This document shows, one piece after another, positions 46,825-56,098 of a DNA stretch of 64,000 nt. The stretch is from Solirubrobacteraceae bacterium (lineage in GTDB: Bacteria; Actinomycetota; Thermoleophilia; Solirubrobacterales; Solirubrobacteraceae): assembly GCA_036264095.1 (NCBI GenBank), contig DATARO010000080.1, positions 14,853-78,852 on the forward strand, in the 5' to 3' direction. How positions within the stretch are numbered: the first letter of the stretch is position 1; each line of letters begins with the position of its first letter. Below the pieces are notes generated by a model, which worked only from the letters and a program-made list of their open reading frames with translations, ran no database searches and was not told the origin of the DNA. The translations under genes and the position numbers were made by a program.

Positions 46825-48849
46825 ATGGCAGAGCCGGACCCCGGAGCGCTCCTCTGGCAGCCGTCGCAGCAGATGCTCGACGCCGTCGAGATGGGCGCGT
46901 ACATGCGACGCGCCGGCGCGCTGCGCGGTGAGCCGTTCGCGGACTACGGCGAGCTGTGGCGCTGGTCGGTCGAGCACCTCGAGGACTTCTGGGCGAGCAT
47001 CTGGGAGTTCTGCGGCGTGCGCGCGTCGCGACGGTACGAGCGCGTGCTCGGGCGCCGCGAGATGCCCGGCGCGAGCTGGTTCGAGGGCGCTGCGCTCAAC
47101 TACGCCGAGAACCTCCTGACGGGGCGCCCCGACGAGGAGGTCGCGGTCATCCATGCCTCGGAGGCGCGCCCGGGCGGCGAGCTGACGTGGGGCGAGCTCC
47201 GCGCCCAGGTCGCGGCCGCCGCCGCCGGGCTGCGCGCCCTCGGCGTGACGCGCGGAGACCGGGTCGTGGCCTACATGCCGAACATCCCCGAGACGCTCGT
47301 CGCGTTCCTTGCGAGCGCGTCGATCGGGGCGATCTGGTCGAGCGCGGCGCCGGAGTTCGGCGCGCGCAGCGTGATCGACCGCTTCGCGCAGATCGAGCCG
47401 CGCGTGCTGCTCGCCGTCGACGGATACCGCCATGGCGGCAAGGACTTCGACCGGCGCGACGCGGTGAACGGGATCCTCGCCGAGCTGCCGACCGTCGAGC
47501 ACGTCGTCGAGCTGCCGTACCTGTTCGATCCGCCGGACGGGTCCCCCGCCGCGGCGGCCGGGGCCGACGGACCGCCGCGCCTCGGCTGGCGCGGGCTGCT
47601 CGCCGCCGAGCCGCCTCAGCCGCTTCGCTTCGAGCAGGTCCCGTTCGACCACCCGCTCTGGGTCCTCTACTCCTCGGGCACCACCGGGCTACCGAAGGCG
47701 ATCGTGCAGGGGCACGGCGGGATCCTGCTCGAGCAGCTCAAGAAGCGCCTGCACCTCGACCTGCGTCCCGGGGATCGCATGTTCTGGTTCACGACGACGG
47801 GCTGGATGATGTGGAACTTCCTGATCGGGTGCCTGCACTCGGAGGCGGCGATCGTGCTCTACGACGGCAGTCCCGGGCACCCCGACCTCGGCGTGCTGTG
47901 GGACCTCGCCGAGCGCGCCGGGATCACGTGCATGGGTCTCAGCGCGGGGCTGCTGGCGAGCATGGAGAAGGCGGGGGTCGAGCCCTCCGACGGCCGCGAC
48001 CTCTCGCGGCTGCGCGCGATCGGGTCGACCGGATCGCCGCTCGCGCCCGAGAGCTTCAGATGGGTCTACCGCCACGTGCGCCCCGACGTGTGGCTGTTCT
48101 CGACGAGCGGCGGGACGGACGTGTGCACGGCGTTCGTCGCGGGCTGCCCGCTGCTACCGGTGTACGAGGGAGAGATCCAGTGCCGCGCGCTGGGCTGCGC
48201 GGTCGAGTCCTGGGATGAGCATGGCAACAGCCTCGAGGAAGCGGTGGGGGAGCTCGTGATCACCGAGCCGATGCCCTCGATGCCGCTGTTCCTGTGGAAC
48301 GACCCCTCCGGCGAGCGCCTGCGCGACTCCTACTTCGCGATGTACCCCGGGATCTGGCGCCACGGCGACTGGATCCGGATCACACCGCGCGGCGGGGCGG
48401 TCATCTACGGGCGCTCGGACTCGACGATCAACCGCCAGGGCGTGCGCATGGGCACGAGCGAGATCTACCGCGCCGCCGCGCGCGTGGAGGAGGTGCTCGA
48501 CGCGCTCGTCGTCGACATCCCGATGGGTGGAGACGAATCCCTCCCACCCGAGCTGCGCATGATCCTGTTCGTCGTGCTGGGAGAGGGGGTGGAGCTCGAC
48601 GACGCGCTCGCGGCCCGGATCAAGCAGCGGATCCGCGAGGACTGCTCGCCGCGGCACGTGCCGAACGAGGTGCGCCAGATCGCCGAGGTGCCGCGGACGC
48701 TGTCGGGCAAGGTGCTCGAGGTGCCGGTCAAGCGGATCCTGATGGGCGCGCCACCCGAGCAGGCGGCGAGCCGGGAGTCGCTCGCCAATCCCGCGGCGCT
48801 CGACTACTTCGTGGCGCTGGCGGAGGAGATGCGCGCCCCGACCGCCTGA
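46825..48849 (+). CDS. Acetoacetate-CoA ligase
   Basis: YSSGTTGLPK, STSGGTD, WRHGDW, GRSDSTINRQGVRMG, SGKVLE. Confidence 0.92.
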   Translation: MAEPDPGALLWQPSQQMLDAVEMGAYMRRAGALRGEPFADYGELWRWSVEHLEDFWASIWEFCGVRASRRYERVLGRREMPGASWFEGAALNYAENLLTGRPDEEVAVIHASEARPGGELTWGELRAQVAAAAAGLRALGVTRGDRVVAYMPNIPETLVAFLASASIGAIWSSAAPEFGARSVIDRFAQIEPRVLLAVDGYRHGGKDFDRRDAVNGILAELPTVEHVVELPYLFDPPDGSPAAAAGADGPPRLGWRGLLAAEPPQPLRFEQVPFDHPLWVLYSSGTTGLPKAIVQGHGGILLEQLKKRLHLDLRPGDRMFWFTTTGWMMWNFLIGCLHSEAAIVLYDGSPGHPDLGVLWDLAERAGITCMGLSAGLLASMEKAGVEPSDGRDLSRLRAIGSTGSPLAPESFRWVYRHVRPDVWLFSTSGGTDVCTAFVAGCPLLPVYEGEIQCRALGCAVESWDEHGNSLEEAVGELVITEPMPSMPLFLWNDPSGERLRDSYFAMYPGIWRHGDWIRITPRGGAVIYGRSDSTINRQGVRMGTSEIYRAAARVEEVLDALVVDIPMGGDESLPPELRMILFVVLGEGVELDDALAARIKQRIREDCSPRHVPNEVRQIAEVPRTLSGKVLEVPVKRILMGAPPEQAASRESLANPAALDYFVALAEEMRAPTA

Positions 48850-48859
48850 GCGCCGGTCG

Positions 48860-50017
48860 CTACAGGCCCATCGAGCGTCCGATGATCTCCTTCATGATCT
48901 CGTTCGCCCCGCCGTAGATACGCGTGACGCGGGCGTCGGCCCACGAGCGCGCGATCGGGTACTCGGTCATGTAGCCGTAGCCGCCGAAAAGCTGCAGGCA
49001 GCGGTCGGTGACGCGGCCCTGCAGGTCGGTGCACCACCACTTGGCCTTGGCGGCGTCCTCGGGGGACAGGGACTCGTCGTCGAGAGCCTGCGCGCAGCTG
49101 TCGACGAACACCCGCGCGATGTCGACTTCCGAGCGCAGCTCGGCGAGCACGAAGCGGCTGTTCTGAAAGGAGCCGAGCGACTGGCCGAATGCCTGGCGCT
49201 CGCCGACGTAGTCGAGCGTCCACGACAGCGCGGCTTCTGACGCCGCGACCGCGGCCGCGGCGATCGAGAGGCGCTCCTGCGGAAGGTTCGAGACGAGGTA
49301 GATGAAGCCCTCGCCCTCGCTGCCGAGCAGGTTCGCGGCAGGCACGTGGACGCCGTCGAAGGACAGCTCGGCGGTGTCCTGGGCGTGCTGGCCGATCTTC
49401 TCGAGGTTGCGCCCGCGCTCGAAGCCCTGCATCCCGCGCTCGACGATCATCAGGCTGATCCCGCGATGGCGCTCCTTCGGATCGGTCTTCGCTGCGAGGA
49501 TCACGAGGTCCGCGTTGATGCCGTTGGTGATGAACGTCTTCGAGCCGTCGACCACGTAGTGGCCGTTCTCGCGGATCGCGCGCGTGGTCATCGCGGCGAG
49601 GTCGGAGCCGATCCCGGGCTCGGTCATCGCCAGCGCGGTGATCAGCTCGCCGCTGACGATCCCCGGCAGCCAGCGCTCGCGCTGCTCGGGGGTGCAGTAG
49701 CGCAGGAAGTAGGGGAGGCAGATGTCGTTGTGGAGTGTGATCCCGAGACCGAACGACCCGACGCCCGCACGCTGGCACTCTTCGCTGATCACGAGGTTCA
49801 GGCGGAAATCCTTGACGCCCGCGCCCCCGTACTGCTCGGGAACCTCCATCGCGAGGAAGCCGCCGGCGCCCGCGCGCGCGTACAGCTCGCGCGGCATGAT
49901 CCCGGCTCGCTCCCACTCGCCGTAGCGGCCCTCCTCGCCCACGACCTCGCGTTCGAGGAACGTGCGGAAGCTCGCGCGGAAGTCTTCGTGGAGGTCGTCG
50001 AAGAGCGTCCGTCGCAC
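48860..50017 (-). CDS. Acyl-CoA dehydrogenase (long-chain type)
   Basis: AMTEPGIGSDL, KTFITNG, PQERL, FGGYGY, IYGGANEIM; -10 TAGGGT 7 nt before GTG 50017. Confidence 0.93.
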   Translation of the reverse strand: MRRTLFDDLHEDFRASFRTFLEREVVGEEGRYGEWERAGIMPRELYARAGAGGFLAMEVPEQYGGAGVKDFRLNLVISEECQRAGVGSFGLGITLHNDICLPYFLRYCTPEQRERWLPGIVSGELITALAMTEPGIGSDLAAMTTRAIRENGHYVVDGSKTFITNGINADLVILAAKTDPKERHRGISLMIVERGMQGFERGRNLEKIGQHAQDTAELSFDGVHVPAANLLGSEGEGFIYLVSNLPQERLSIAAAAVAASEAALSWTLDYVGERQAFGQSLGSFQNSRFVLAELRSEVDIARVFVDSCAQALDDESLSPEDAAKAKWWCTDLQGRVTDRCLQLFGGYGYMTEYPIARSWADARVTRIYGGANEIMKEIIGRSMGL

Positions 50018-50027
50018 GCGGCGCACC

Positions 50028-51311
50028 CTACAGCGGAGTGAGCGAGCCGCGGTAGCGCGGCTTGGCGAGCAGCAGCTGCACGTCGCGGATGCGGCGCTCG
50101 CGGAAGCCGCCCTCGCACCAGCTCAGATACAGCTCCCAGAGGCGGCGGAAGCGCTCGTCGTAGCCGAGCGCGGCGGCGCGGTCGGCGGCCGCCGCGAAGC
50201 GTTCGCGCCAGATGCGCAGGGTGGTCGCGTAGTGCTCGGTGATGTCCTCGAGCTGGACCTGGCGCAGGTCGCCGGCGCGGCGCAGCGTCGAAGCGATGAC
50301 CTCGAGCGAGGGCAGGCAGCCGCCGGGGAAGATATGGGTGTTGATGAAGCTGCGCCCGGCCTTCTCGACCTCGTACGCGCTGTCCTCGATCACGATCGCC
50401 TGCAGCAGCATCGCACCGTTGGGTGCGAGCAGCTCGGCACAGCGGCGGAAGTAGGTGGGGAAGTCGCGCCAGCCGACGGCCTCGATCATCTCGATCGAGA
50501 CGAGCTTGTCATAGGGGCCGCGGCGATCGAGCTCGTCGCGGTCACGGTAGTCGCGCAGCAGGACCTCGACCCGGTCCTCGAGCCCCGCCGCGCGCACGCG
50601 GGCGGTGGCGAACTCGAACTGCTCGCGCGAGATCGTCGTCGTCGTGACTCGGCAGCCGTGGCGCGCGGCGGCGTACACGGCGAAGCCGCCCCAGCCCGTG
50701 CCGATCTCGAGCACGTGGTGCTCGGGTCCGAGCTCGAGCTTGTCGCAGACGCGCGCGAGCTTCGCCAGCGACGCCTCGTGCAGGCTCGCGCCGGGGCGGT
50801 CGAAGACCGCGCAGCTGTACATCATCGTCGGGTCGAGGAACAGCGCGAACAGCTCGTTGCCGAGGTCATAGTGCGCCGCGATCTGCCGGCGCGCGCGCCG
50901 GGGCGTGTTGCGTGCGATCGCGCGCAGCCACCGCTGCCACGGGATCAGCGCGGGCGAGAGGGCACGGCGCAAGGAGTCGAGGCGGTGCACGTTGCGCGCC
51001 GCGAGGCGGGTCAGCGCGACGAGATCCTCGCAGTCCCACAGGCCGTCGACGTAGGACTCGCACAGCCCTACGCTGCCGCGCAGCAGATCGCGATAGAAGC
51101 GCGGCGCCGCCACGCGCAGGACCGCACGCGGGGCCTGCTCCCCGCGGCGGTCGCCGAACACCAGAGTGCGATCCGGCTCGACGATCACGAGCTCGCCGCC
51201 GCGCGTGCGCGAGAGCAGCGCCAGTGCGATCCGCCGCGCCGCCCGGTCGAGCAGGTGCGGGCGCTCGGCGCGGGCCGCGCGCGGGCGCTCGGCGACCTGG
51301 CGCGCGCTCAC
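50028..51311 (-). CDS. Cyclopropane-fatty-acid synthase-like SAM methyltransferase (UfaM/UfaA1-like)
   Basis: HYDLGN, MYSCA, LEIGTGWG, SIEMIEAVG, IFPGG. Confidence 0.93.
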   Translation of the reverse strand: MSARQVAERPRAARAERPHLLDRAARRIALALLSRTRGGELVIVEPDRTLVFGDRRGEQAPRAVLRVAAPRFYRDLLRGSVGLCESYVDGLWDCEDLVALTRLAARNVHRLDSLRRALSPALIPWQRWLRAIARNTPRRARRQIAAHYDLGNELFALFLDPTMMYSCAVFDRPGASLHEASLAKLARVCDKLELGPEHHVLEIGTGWGGFAVYAAARHGCRVTTTTISREQFEFATARVRAAGLEDRVEVLLRDYRDRDELDRRGPYDKLVSIEMIEAVGWRDFPTYFRRCAELLAPNGAMLLQAIVIEDSAYEVEKAGRSFINTHIFPGGCLPSLEVIASTLRRAGDLRQVQLEDITEHYATTLRIWRERFAAAADRAAALGYDERFRRLWELYLSWCEGGFRERRIRDVQLLLAKPRYRGSLTPL

Positions 51312-52075
51312 CGCGATCCCGCCGGATGCGGGTGGTAGCTCGCGCCGCGGGCGCGCAGGCGCGCGGCGCCGGCGTAGATGTGCGCGAGCATGCGCATCGT
51401 CAACAGGGGGTAGCGGGCGAGCGCGCGGCGGAGCTCGGCGGCCGTGATCTCGCGGCGGCGAAGCGCGAGTGTGGCGTCGAAGGCGTGCTCGCCGTCGGCA
51501 TGCAGGGACTCGATGTGGAGCGCGAGGCGTGAGCCCGGTTCGCTCACCCGCAAGTCGTAGGTGTGGTCCATCCCCATCAGCGGCGAGACGTGCAGCTGCT
51601 TGGCGAGCCTGCCGCGCAGCACACGTGTGCTGCCGTGGTCGTGCAGCTGCGCCGGGCCGAGCACGTAGGCGTGCCGCTCGCCCCACGGCGTGTTCGTGAC
51701 CTCCGCGACGGCTGCCGCCAGCGCTCCCCCGTCACGCTCGAAGCAGTAGTAGAAGGTCACCGGGTTGAAGCAGTGGCCGAAGCAGCGCATGTGCGTGAGG
51801 ACGCGGACCGGACCGTCGAGGCGCGCGCCCGTGCGCTCGAGCACCACCCGGCGCACCTCCTCCTCGAGCGGGCGCGCGGGGTCGCCGAGGTAGTCGGCGC
51901 GGCGGAACCAGGCGAGCGCCGGGCGGCGCGAGGAGAACAGGCAGCTGCAGTCGAAGACGTGGTCGAGCTCGCCGAGGTCGAGGTAGGCCATGAACAGCGG
52001 GTAGCGCATCTCGCTCGCGACCTGGACGCTGCGGCGGTGGCGGACGACGCCCTCATACAGGCAGCTCTGCATCAC
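51308..52075 (-). CDS. DUF1365 protein (UfaO-like)
   Basis: LYEGVVRHRR, FNPVTFYYC, EVTNTPWGERH, LHVSPL. Confidence 0.9.
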   Translation of the reverse strand: MMQSCLYEGVVRHRRSVQVASEMRYPLFMAYLDLGELDHVFDCSCLFSSRRPALAWFRRADYLGDPARPLEEEVRRVVLERTGARLDGPVRVLTHMRCFGHCFNPVTFYYCFERDGGALAAAVAEVTNTPWGERHAYVLGPAQLHDHGSTRVLRGRLAKQLHVSPLMGMDHTYDLRVSEPGSRLALHIESLHADGEHAFDATLALRRREITAAELRRALARYPLLTMRMLAHIYAGAARLRARGASYHPHPAGSR

Positions 52076-53316
52076 AGGCCGACCCCGAACGGCGCGCAGG
52101 CGCGCAGGGCGCTGTCAACGCCGTCCTCGTGGAAGCCCCAGCCCCAGTAGGCGCCGGCGAAGTGGGTGCGGTGCTCGAGGCCGCTGATCGAGGAATGCCG
52201 GGCCTGGGCGGCGACGCCGGCCGGGGTGTAGACGGGGTGCGCGTACTCGATCCGCCGGATGACGTGGCTCGGGTCGATCGCCTCGGTCCGGTTCAGCGTG
52301 ACACAGAAATGGCGGTCGGCGACGATCCGTTGGAGGTGGTTCATGTAGTAGGTGACGGTGGACAGGGGCTTCGGCTCGGCGAGCAGGTGGAAGTTCCAGG
52401 CGCTGCGGGCCCAGCGGCGGCGCGGGAGCAGGCTCGAGTCGGTGTGCAGGACCGCTTCGTTGCGCTGGTAGGGGATCGCGCCGAGGAGTTCGCGCTCGCG
52501 GGGGCTCGGGTCGCCGAGCATCGCCAGCGCCTGGTCGGAGTGGGTGGCGAGGACGACCTGGTCGAAGCGCTCGGGCTCGCAGCCGTCCGCGCGCAGCGCG
52601 ACGTGGTCGGAGTGCCGCTCGATGCGGCGCACCGGGCAGCGCAGGCGGATGCGCCCGGCGAACGGGGCCGTCAGGGCCTCGACGTAGCGCGCCGATCCGC
52701 CCGAGACGGTCGACCAGCGCGGGCGGCCGCGGAAGCCGAGCATGCCGTGGTTGGCGAAGAACTCGGCCAGGAAGCGGACCGGGAAGCTTCCCATCTGGCG
52801 CGGGTCTGCCGACCACACGGCGCTGACCTGGGGCACGATCATGCGCTCGACGAAGGCGCGTGAGAAGCGATGGCGCTCGAGGAACTCCGCGAGCGACTCG
52901 CCGCCGCGCTCGCCGCCGAGCACGCCGGCGAGCTTCGAGTTGAAGCGGAGGAGGTCGAGCACCATGCGCTGGAAGCGCGGGCTGACGGCGTTGCGCGGCT
53001 GGCAGTAGAGCCCGCGCGGGGTGCCGGCGTACTCGAAGTCCTCCTCCTCGCCCTTCACCGAGAAGCTCATGTGTGTCGGCTGCGTCGCCACGCCGAGGCG
53101 TGCCAGCAGGCGGGTGAAGTTGGGGTAGTTGCGGTCGTTCATGACGATGAAGCCCGTGTCGAGGTGATACGTGGCGTGCTCGGTGTCGACCCGAACCGTG
53201 TTCGTGTGGCCCCCGGGGTAGGAGGCCGCCTCGAACATCACGATCTCGTGCTCGCGGTGCAGCAGATGCGCCGCGACGAGTCCGGAAACGCCGGCTCCCA
53301 CGATCGCTATCCGCAT
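52072..53316 (-). CDS. FAD-dependent amine-oxidase-family protein (UfaD-like)
   Basis: IVGAGVSG, GGH, DTGFIV, AGAYWGWGFHEDG. Confidence 0.92.
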   Translation of the reverse strand: MRIAIVGAGVSGLVAAHLLHREHEIVMFEAASYPGGHTNTVRVDTEHATYHLDTGFIVMNDRNYPNFTRLLARLGVATQPTHMSFSVKGEEEDFEYAGTPRGLYCQPRNAVSPRFQRMVLDLLRFNSKLAGVLGGERGGESLAEFLERHRFSRAFVERMIVPQVSAVWSADPRQMGSFPVRFLAEFFANHGMLGFRGRPRWSTVSGGSARYVEALTAPFAGRIRLRCPVRRIERHSDHVALRADGCEPERFDQVVLATHSDQALAMLGDPSPRERELLGAIPYQRNEAVLHTDSSLLPRRRWARSAWNFHLLAEPKPLSTVTYYMNHLQRIVADRHFCVTLNRTEAIDPSHVIRRIEYAHPVYTPAGVAAQARHSSISGLEHRTHFAGAYWGWGFHEDGVDSALRACAPFGVGL

Positions 53317-53353
53317 CTGCCGTACCCCCTCGGTGCCCAGGTCATGTGACCGT

Positions 53354-53383
53354 CTCTACGTCGCGGTGCCGCCGCGCGGATCA
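53354..53383 (-). promoter_or_regulatory. Third ECF (SigK-like) promoter
   Basis: Minus strand TGATCC-N17-CGTAGAG upstream of ATG 53316. Confidence 0.7.
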
Positions 53384-53452
53384 CCGCTGCTCCGCGGCTC
53401 GCGCGAAACGCGGGGGAGGAACGGCGGGCGGGCGCGTCGAACAACAGCGCCG

Positions 53453-54370
53453 ATGAAGCGTGCGGCCACGGATATCACGGAGCGGCCTGCCGCCTCCGGG
53501 GCGGGCGGACAGAGATCCGCCGGGGGCGCGGGGCAGCACCAGAGCCTCTCCAAGTACATCCAGGCGCGTTTCGACGAATGCTCGCGGTCCCAGAAGGACG
53601 TCGCACAGTACATCGTCGACCATCTCGACGAGGCGGCGTTCCAGACCGCCGAGGAGCTGGCGCGCAGGGCGAACACGTCGAGCTCGACGGTCGTTCGATT
53701 CTCCCAGGCGCTCGGCTTCGAGGGCTTCCCCGAGCTGCAGGCGGCCGCGCGCGAGGAATATCGCCGCGTGAACGCGAAGGCCGCGAAGGAGGCGGCCGGG
53801 ACGACCTCCGCTCCGCTCTTCTCGCTCGACCAGAACGAGTTCGAGTCGGCCCTGACGGCCGACCACCTGAACGTCGAGGACACCGCGCGGAAGGTCTCGC
53901 GCAGCTCCGTCGAGGCGCTGATCGCGGCGATCGTCGATGCCGACAAGGTGCTGGTCGCCGGCACCGACCAGATGGCGTTCTTCGCGAGCTACATGCGGCA
54001 CCTGCTGATGCTGCTCGACCTGCGGGTGGACGTCGTGGCGAGCCCCTCCCAGGAGGCGCTCTCGCGGCTCGGCCGGATCGACGAACACACGCTCGTCATC
54101 GGGCTGTCCGCGGGGCGGCCTCACCCGCTCGTCGTGCGCGCGATGAAGCTCGCCCGCCACCGCCAGGCGCGCACCGCGGCGATCACCGACGCCACGCTTT
54201 CCGAGGTCGCGAAGCTCGCGCAGATCAAGCTCTACTACTCCTCGAACAGCCCCGCGTACGTGCGCTCGCACACGGCGTTGCTGAGCGTGATCCAGGCGCT
54301 GGCATACGGCGTCTACGCCCAGGACAGCGCCCAGTACGACGACCGCATCAAGGCGTTCCGGCTGAAGTGA
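53453..54370 (+). CDS. MurR/RpiR family transcriptional regulator
   Basis: HTH TAEELARRANTSSSTVVRFSQALGFEGF plus SIS domain. Confidence 0.92.
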   Translation: MKRAATDITERPAASGAGGQRSAGGAGQHQSLSKYIQARFDECSRSQKDVAQYIVDHLDEAAFQTAEELARRANTSSSTVVRFSQALGFEGFPELQAAAREEYRRVNAKAAKEAAGTTSAPLFSLDQNEFESALTADHLNVEDTARKVSRSSVEALIAAIVDADKVLVAGTDQMAFFASYMRHLLMLLDLRVDVVASPSQEALSRLGRIDEHTLVIGLSAGRPHPLVVRAMKLARHRQARTAAITDATLSEVAKLAQIKLYYSSNSPAYVRSHTALLSVIQALAYGVYAQDSAQYDDRIKAFRLK

Positions 54371-54381
54371 CAGATGGTAGT

Positions 54382-54479
54382 CGGGTGAGCCGCATGCGGC
54401 TCACCCGGGGATCGCGCATGCGCGATCCCCACGGGTCCGCACATGTGCGGACCCGCCGGTCGGCGCATGCGCCGACCGG
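54382..54479. repeat. Array of four abutting perfect palindromes (26/24/24/24 bp) centred on CATG
   Basis: 54382-54407, 54407-54430, 54432-54455, 54456-54479; each checked as self-complementary. Confidence 0.92.
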
Positions 54480-54529
54480 AGTCCGAAGGACTCTTCTCAG
54501 GGACGGGAGCGCCGATGTATGGTTTGCAC

Positions 54530-56011
54530 ATGGGGGAGGGGAGATCCTCGTGCGGGGGGCGCGTGCCGCTCGCGTCGCTGGTGGCTGCAGCCGTCGCCCT
54601 GCTGATCGCCGCCGCGGGGGCGGATACCGCCGGCGCCGCGGGCAGGGGCATCGTCGAAGGGACCGTCAGCGATGCGGTCACGCACGCGCCGATCGCGGGG
54701 ATCGAAGTGTGCGCGTACGGGCTCTCGGAAGAAGCGGAAGAACCGGTTTGCGCGGTCACCGGCGCCGGCGGCACCTATGCGCTCAGACTGGAAGCGGGCG
54801 AGCACGTGGTGGAATTCTTCTCGCCGTTCGGCAGCGGCCTCAACTACGTGACCGTCTATCAGGGCGGCGCCGAAACATGGCAAGCGGCGAAGGCGGGTCC
54901 GATCACGGTCACCGCGGGCGCCACCGTCACAGGCGTGAACGCCGCGATGCACGAAGGCGGGCGCATCGAAGGCCAGGTCACCGCAGCCGAAGATCCGGGT
55001 CACGGGATCGTAGGCATCGAAGTTTGCGCGCTGGCGCTGAGCGAAGAAGGCTTCGGCTGCGCCGTGACGGGCGCGGGCGGCGACTACGAGATCTCCGCGC
55101 TCCCGGGCGGCGAATACCGCGTCCGCTTCGCCCCGGAATACGAAAGCGGCCTCGACTGGGTGCCGCAGTTCTACGCGGACTCTCCGACGCGCGAACACGC
55201 CAAGCCAGTCTCCGTGAGCGTGGCGACGACGGCAAAGGGCATCGACGCGGCGCTCGAGCGCGGAGGCGAAATCGCGGGCTCGCTCACGGCGGCGCCTGCC
55301 GGCGAACCCCTGCCGGGCGCCGAAGCATGCGCGTTGACGAGCGAAACTAGCGCCGCCGCGTGTGCGTCCACCAACGGCAAGGGCGAATACGTGCTGCGCG
55401 GGCTAGCGCCCGGCTCCTACGCGGTGGGGTTCTCTGCGCCCGGCTACCAGTGGCAGTACTACCCGAGCGGCAGAACATGGAAGCTGGCGCAGCAGATCGC
55501 CGTCGGCCCGGGAACCGGCGTCGGGCTGTGGACCACCGAACTGCTGCCCTTGGGCTACGTCAAGCCGCCACCGGTCGTGCCGGTACCGGTCCCGCACACG
55601 GCGCCTGTGCCCCCGCCCGCACCCACGCCCGCGCCGGCCGCCGGGGTCGCTGGTGCAACGGCGCGCGCCCCGGTGATCGCGGTGTCCTCGCTGCGGCTGC
55701 GCGCGCGCCACGGGCACGTATCGGTGTCGCTCACCTGCACCGGCGCGCCGTGCAGCGGGACGCTGGACGTACAGACGCGCGTGTCCTATCGCGCGCGGCG
55801 CCACGGCCACTCGGTGACGCTGCACCGCACCGTCGTCCTCGCCCAGGGCGCCTTCGCGCTCGCGGCGGGCGCGCACGCGAACGTCTCGCTGCGCGAGACC
55901 GCCGCCGGCCGCACCCACCTGATGCACGCAGCCGGCGCTCCGATCGTCGCGCGGCTGCTCGGGAGCGTCAGCGGCGGCTCGGCGCTCGCGCTCAGCGTGC
56001 ACGTCTCCTGA
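54530..56011 (+). CDS. Secreted protein with three carboxypeptidase-regulatory-like beta-sandwich repeats
   Basis: Signal peptide; three GxIxGxV...EVC/EAC repeats; Pro-rich linker; -10 TATGGT 6 nt before ATG. Confidence 0.75.
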   Translation: MGEGRSSCGGRVPLASLVAAAVALLIAAAGADTAGAAGRGIVEGTVSDAVTHAPIAGIEVCAYGLSEEAEEPVCAVTGAGGTYALRLEAGEHVVEFFSPFGSGLNYVTVYQGGAETWQAAKAGPITVTAGATVTGVNAAMHEGGRIEGQVTAAEDPGHGIVGIEVCALALSEEGFGCAVTGAGGDYEISALPGGEYRVRFAPEYESGLDWVPQFYADSPTREHAKPVSVSVATTAKGIDAALERGGEIAGSLTAAPAGEPLPGAEACALTSETSAAACASTNGKGEYVLRGLAPGSYAVGFSAPGYQWQYYPSGRTWKLAQQIAVGPGTGVGLWTTELLPLGYVKPPPVVPVPVPHTAPVPPPAPTPAPAAGVAGATARAPVIAVSSLRLRARHGHVSVSLTCTGAPCSGTLDVQTRVSYRARRHGHSVTLHRTVVLAQGAFALAAGAHANVSLRETAAGRTHLMHAAGAPIVARLLGSVSGGSALALSVHVS

Positions 56012-56098
56012 GGCGCCCCGCCGCCGGGCGAGCGCGCGGCGAGCTCGTCCACGCGCTCCTCGCCGGCGACCGGCAGGACGGGATGTCAAACTAGGCCC

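Noticed and set aside
54382-54479. CRISPR array interpretation of the palindrome array
   Set aside because: No spacers, the units are not identical, and there are no cas genes in the window.
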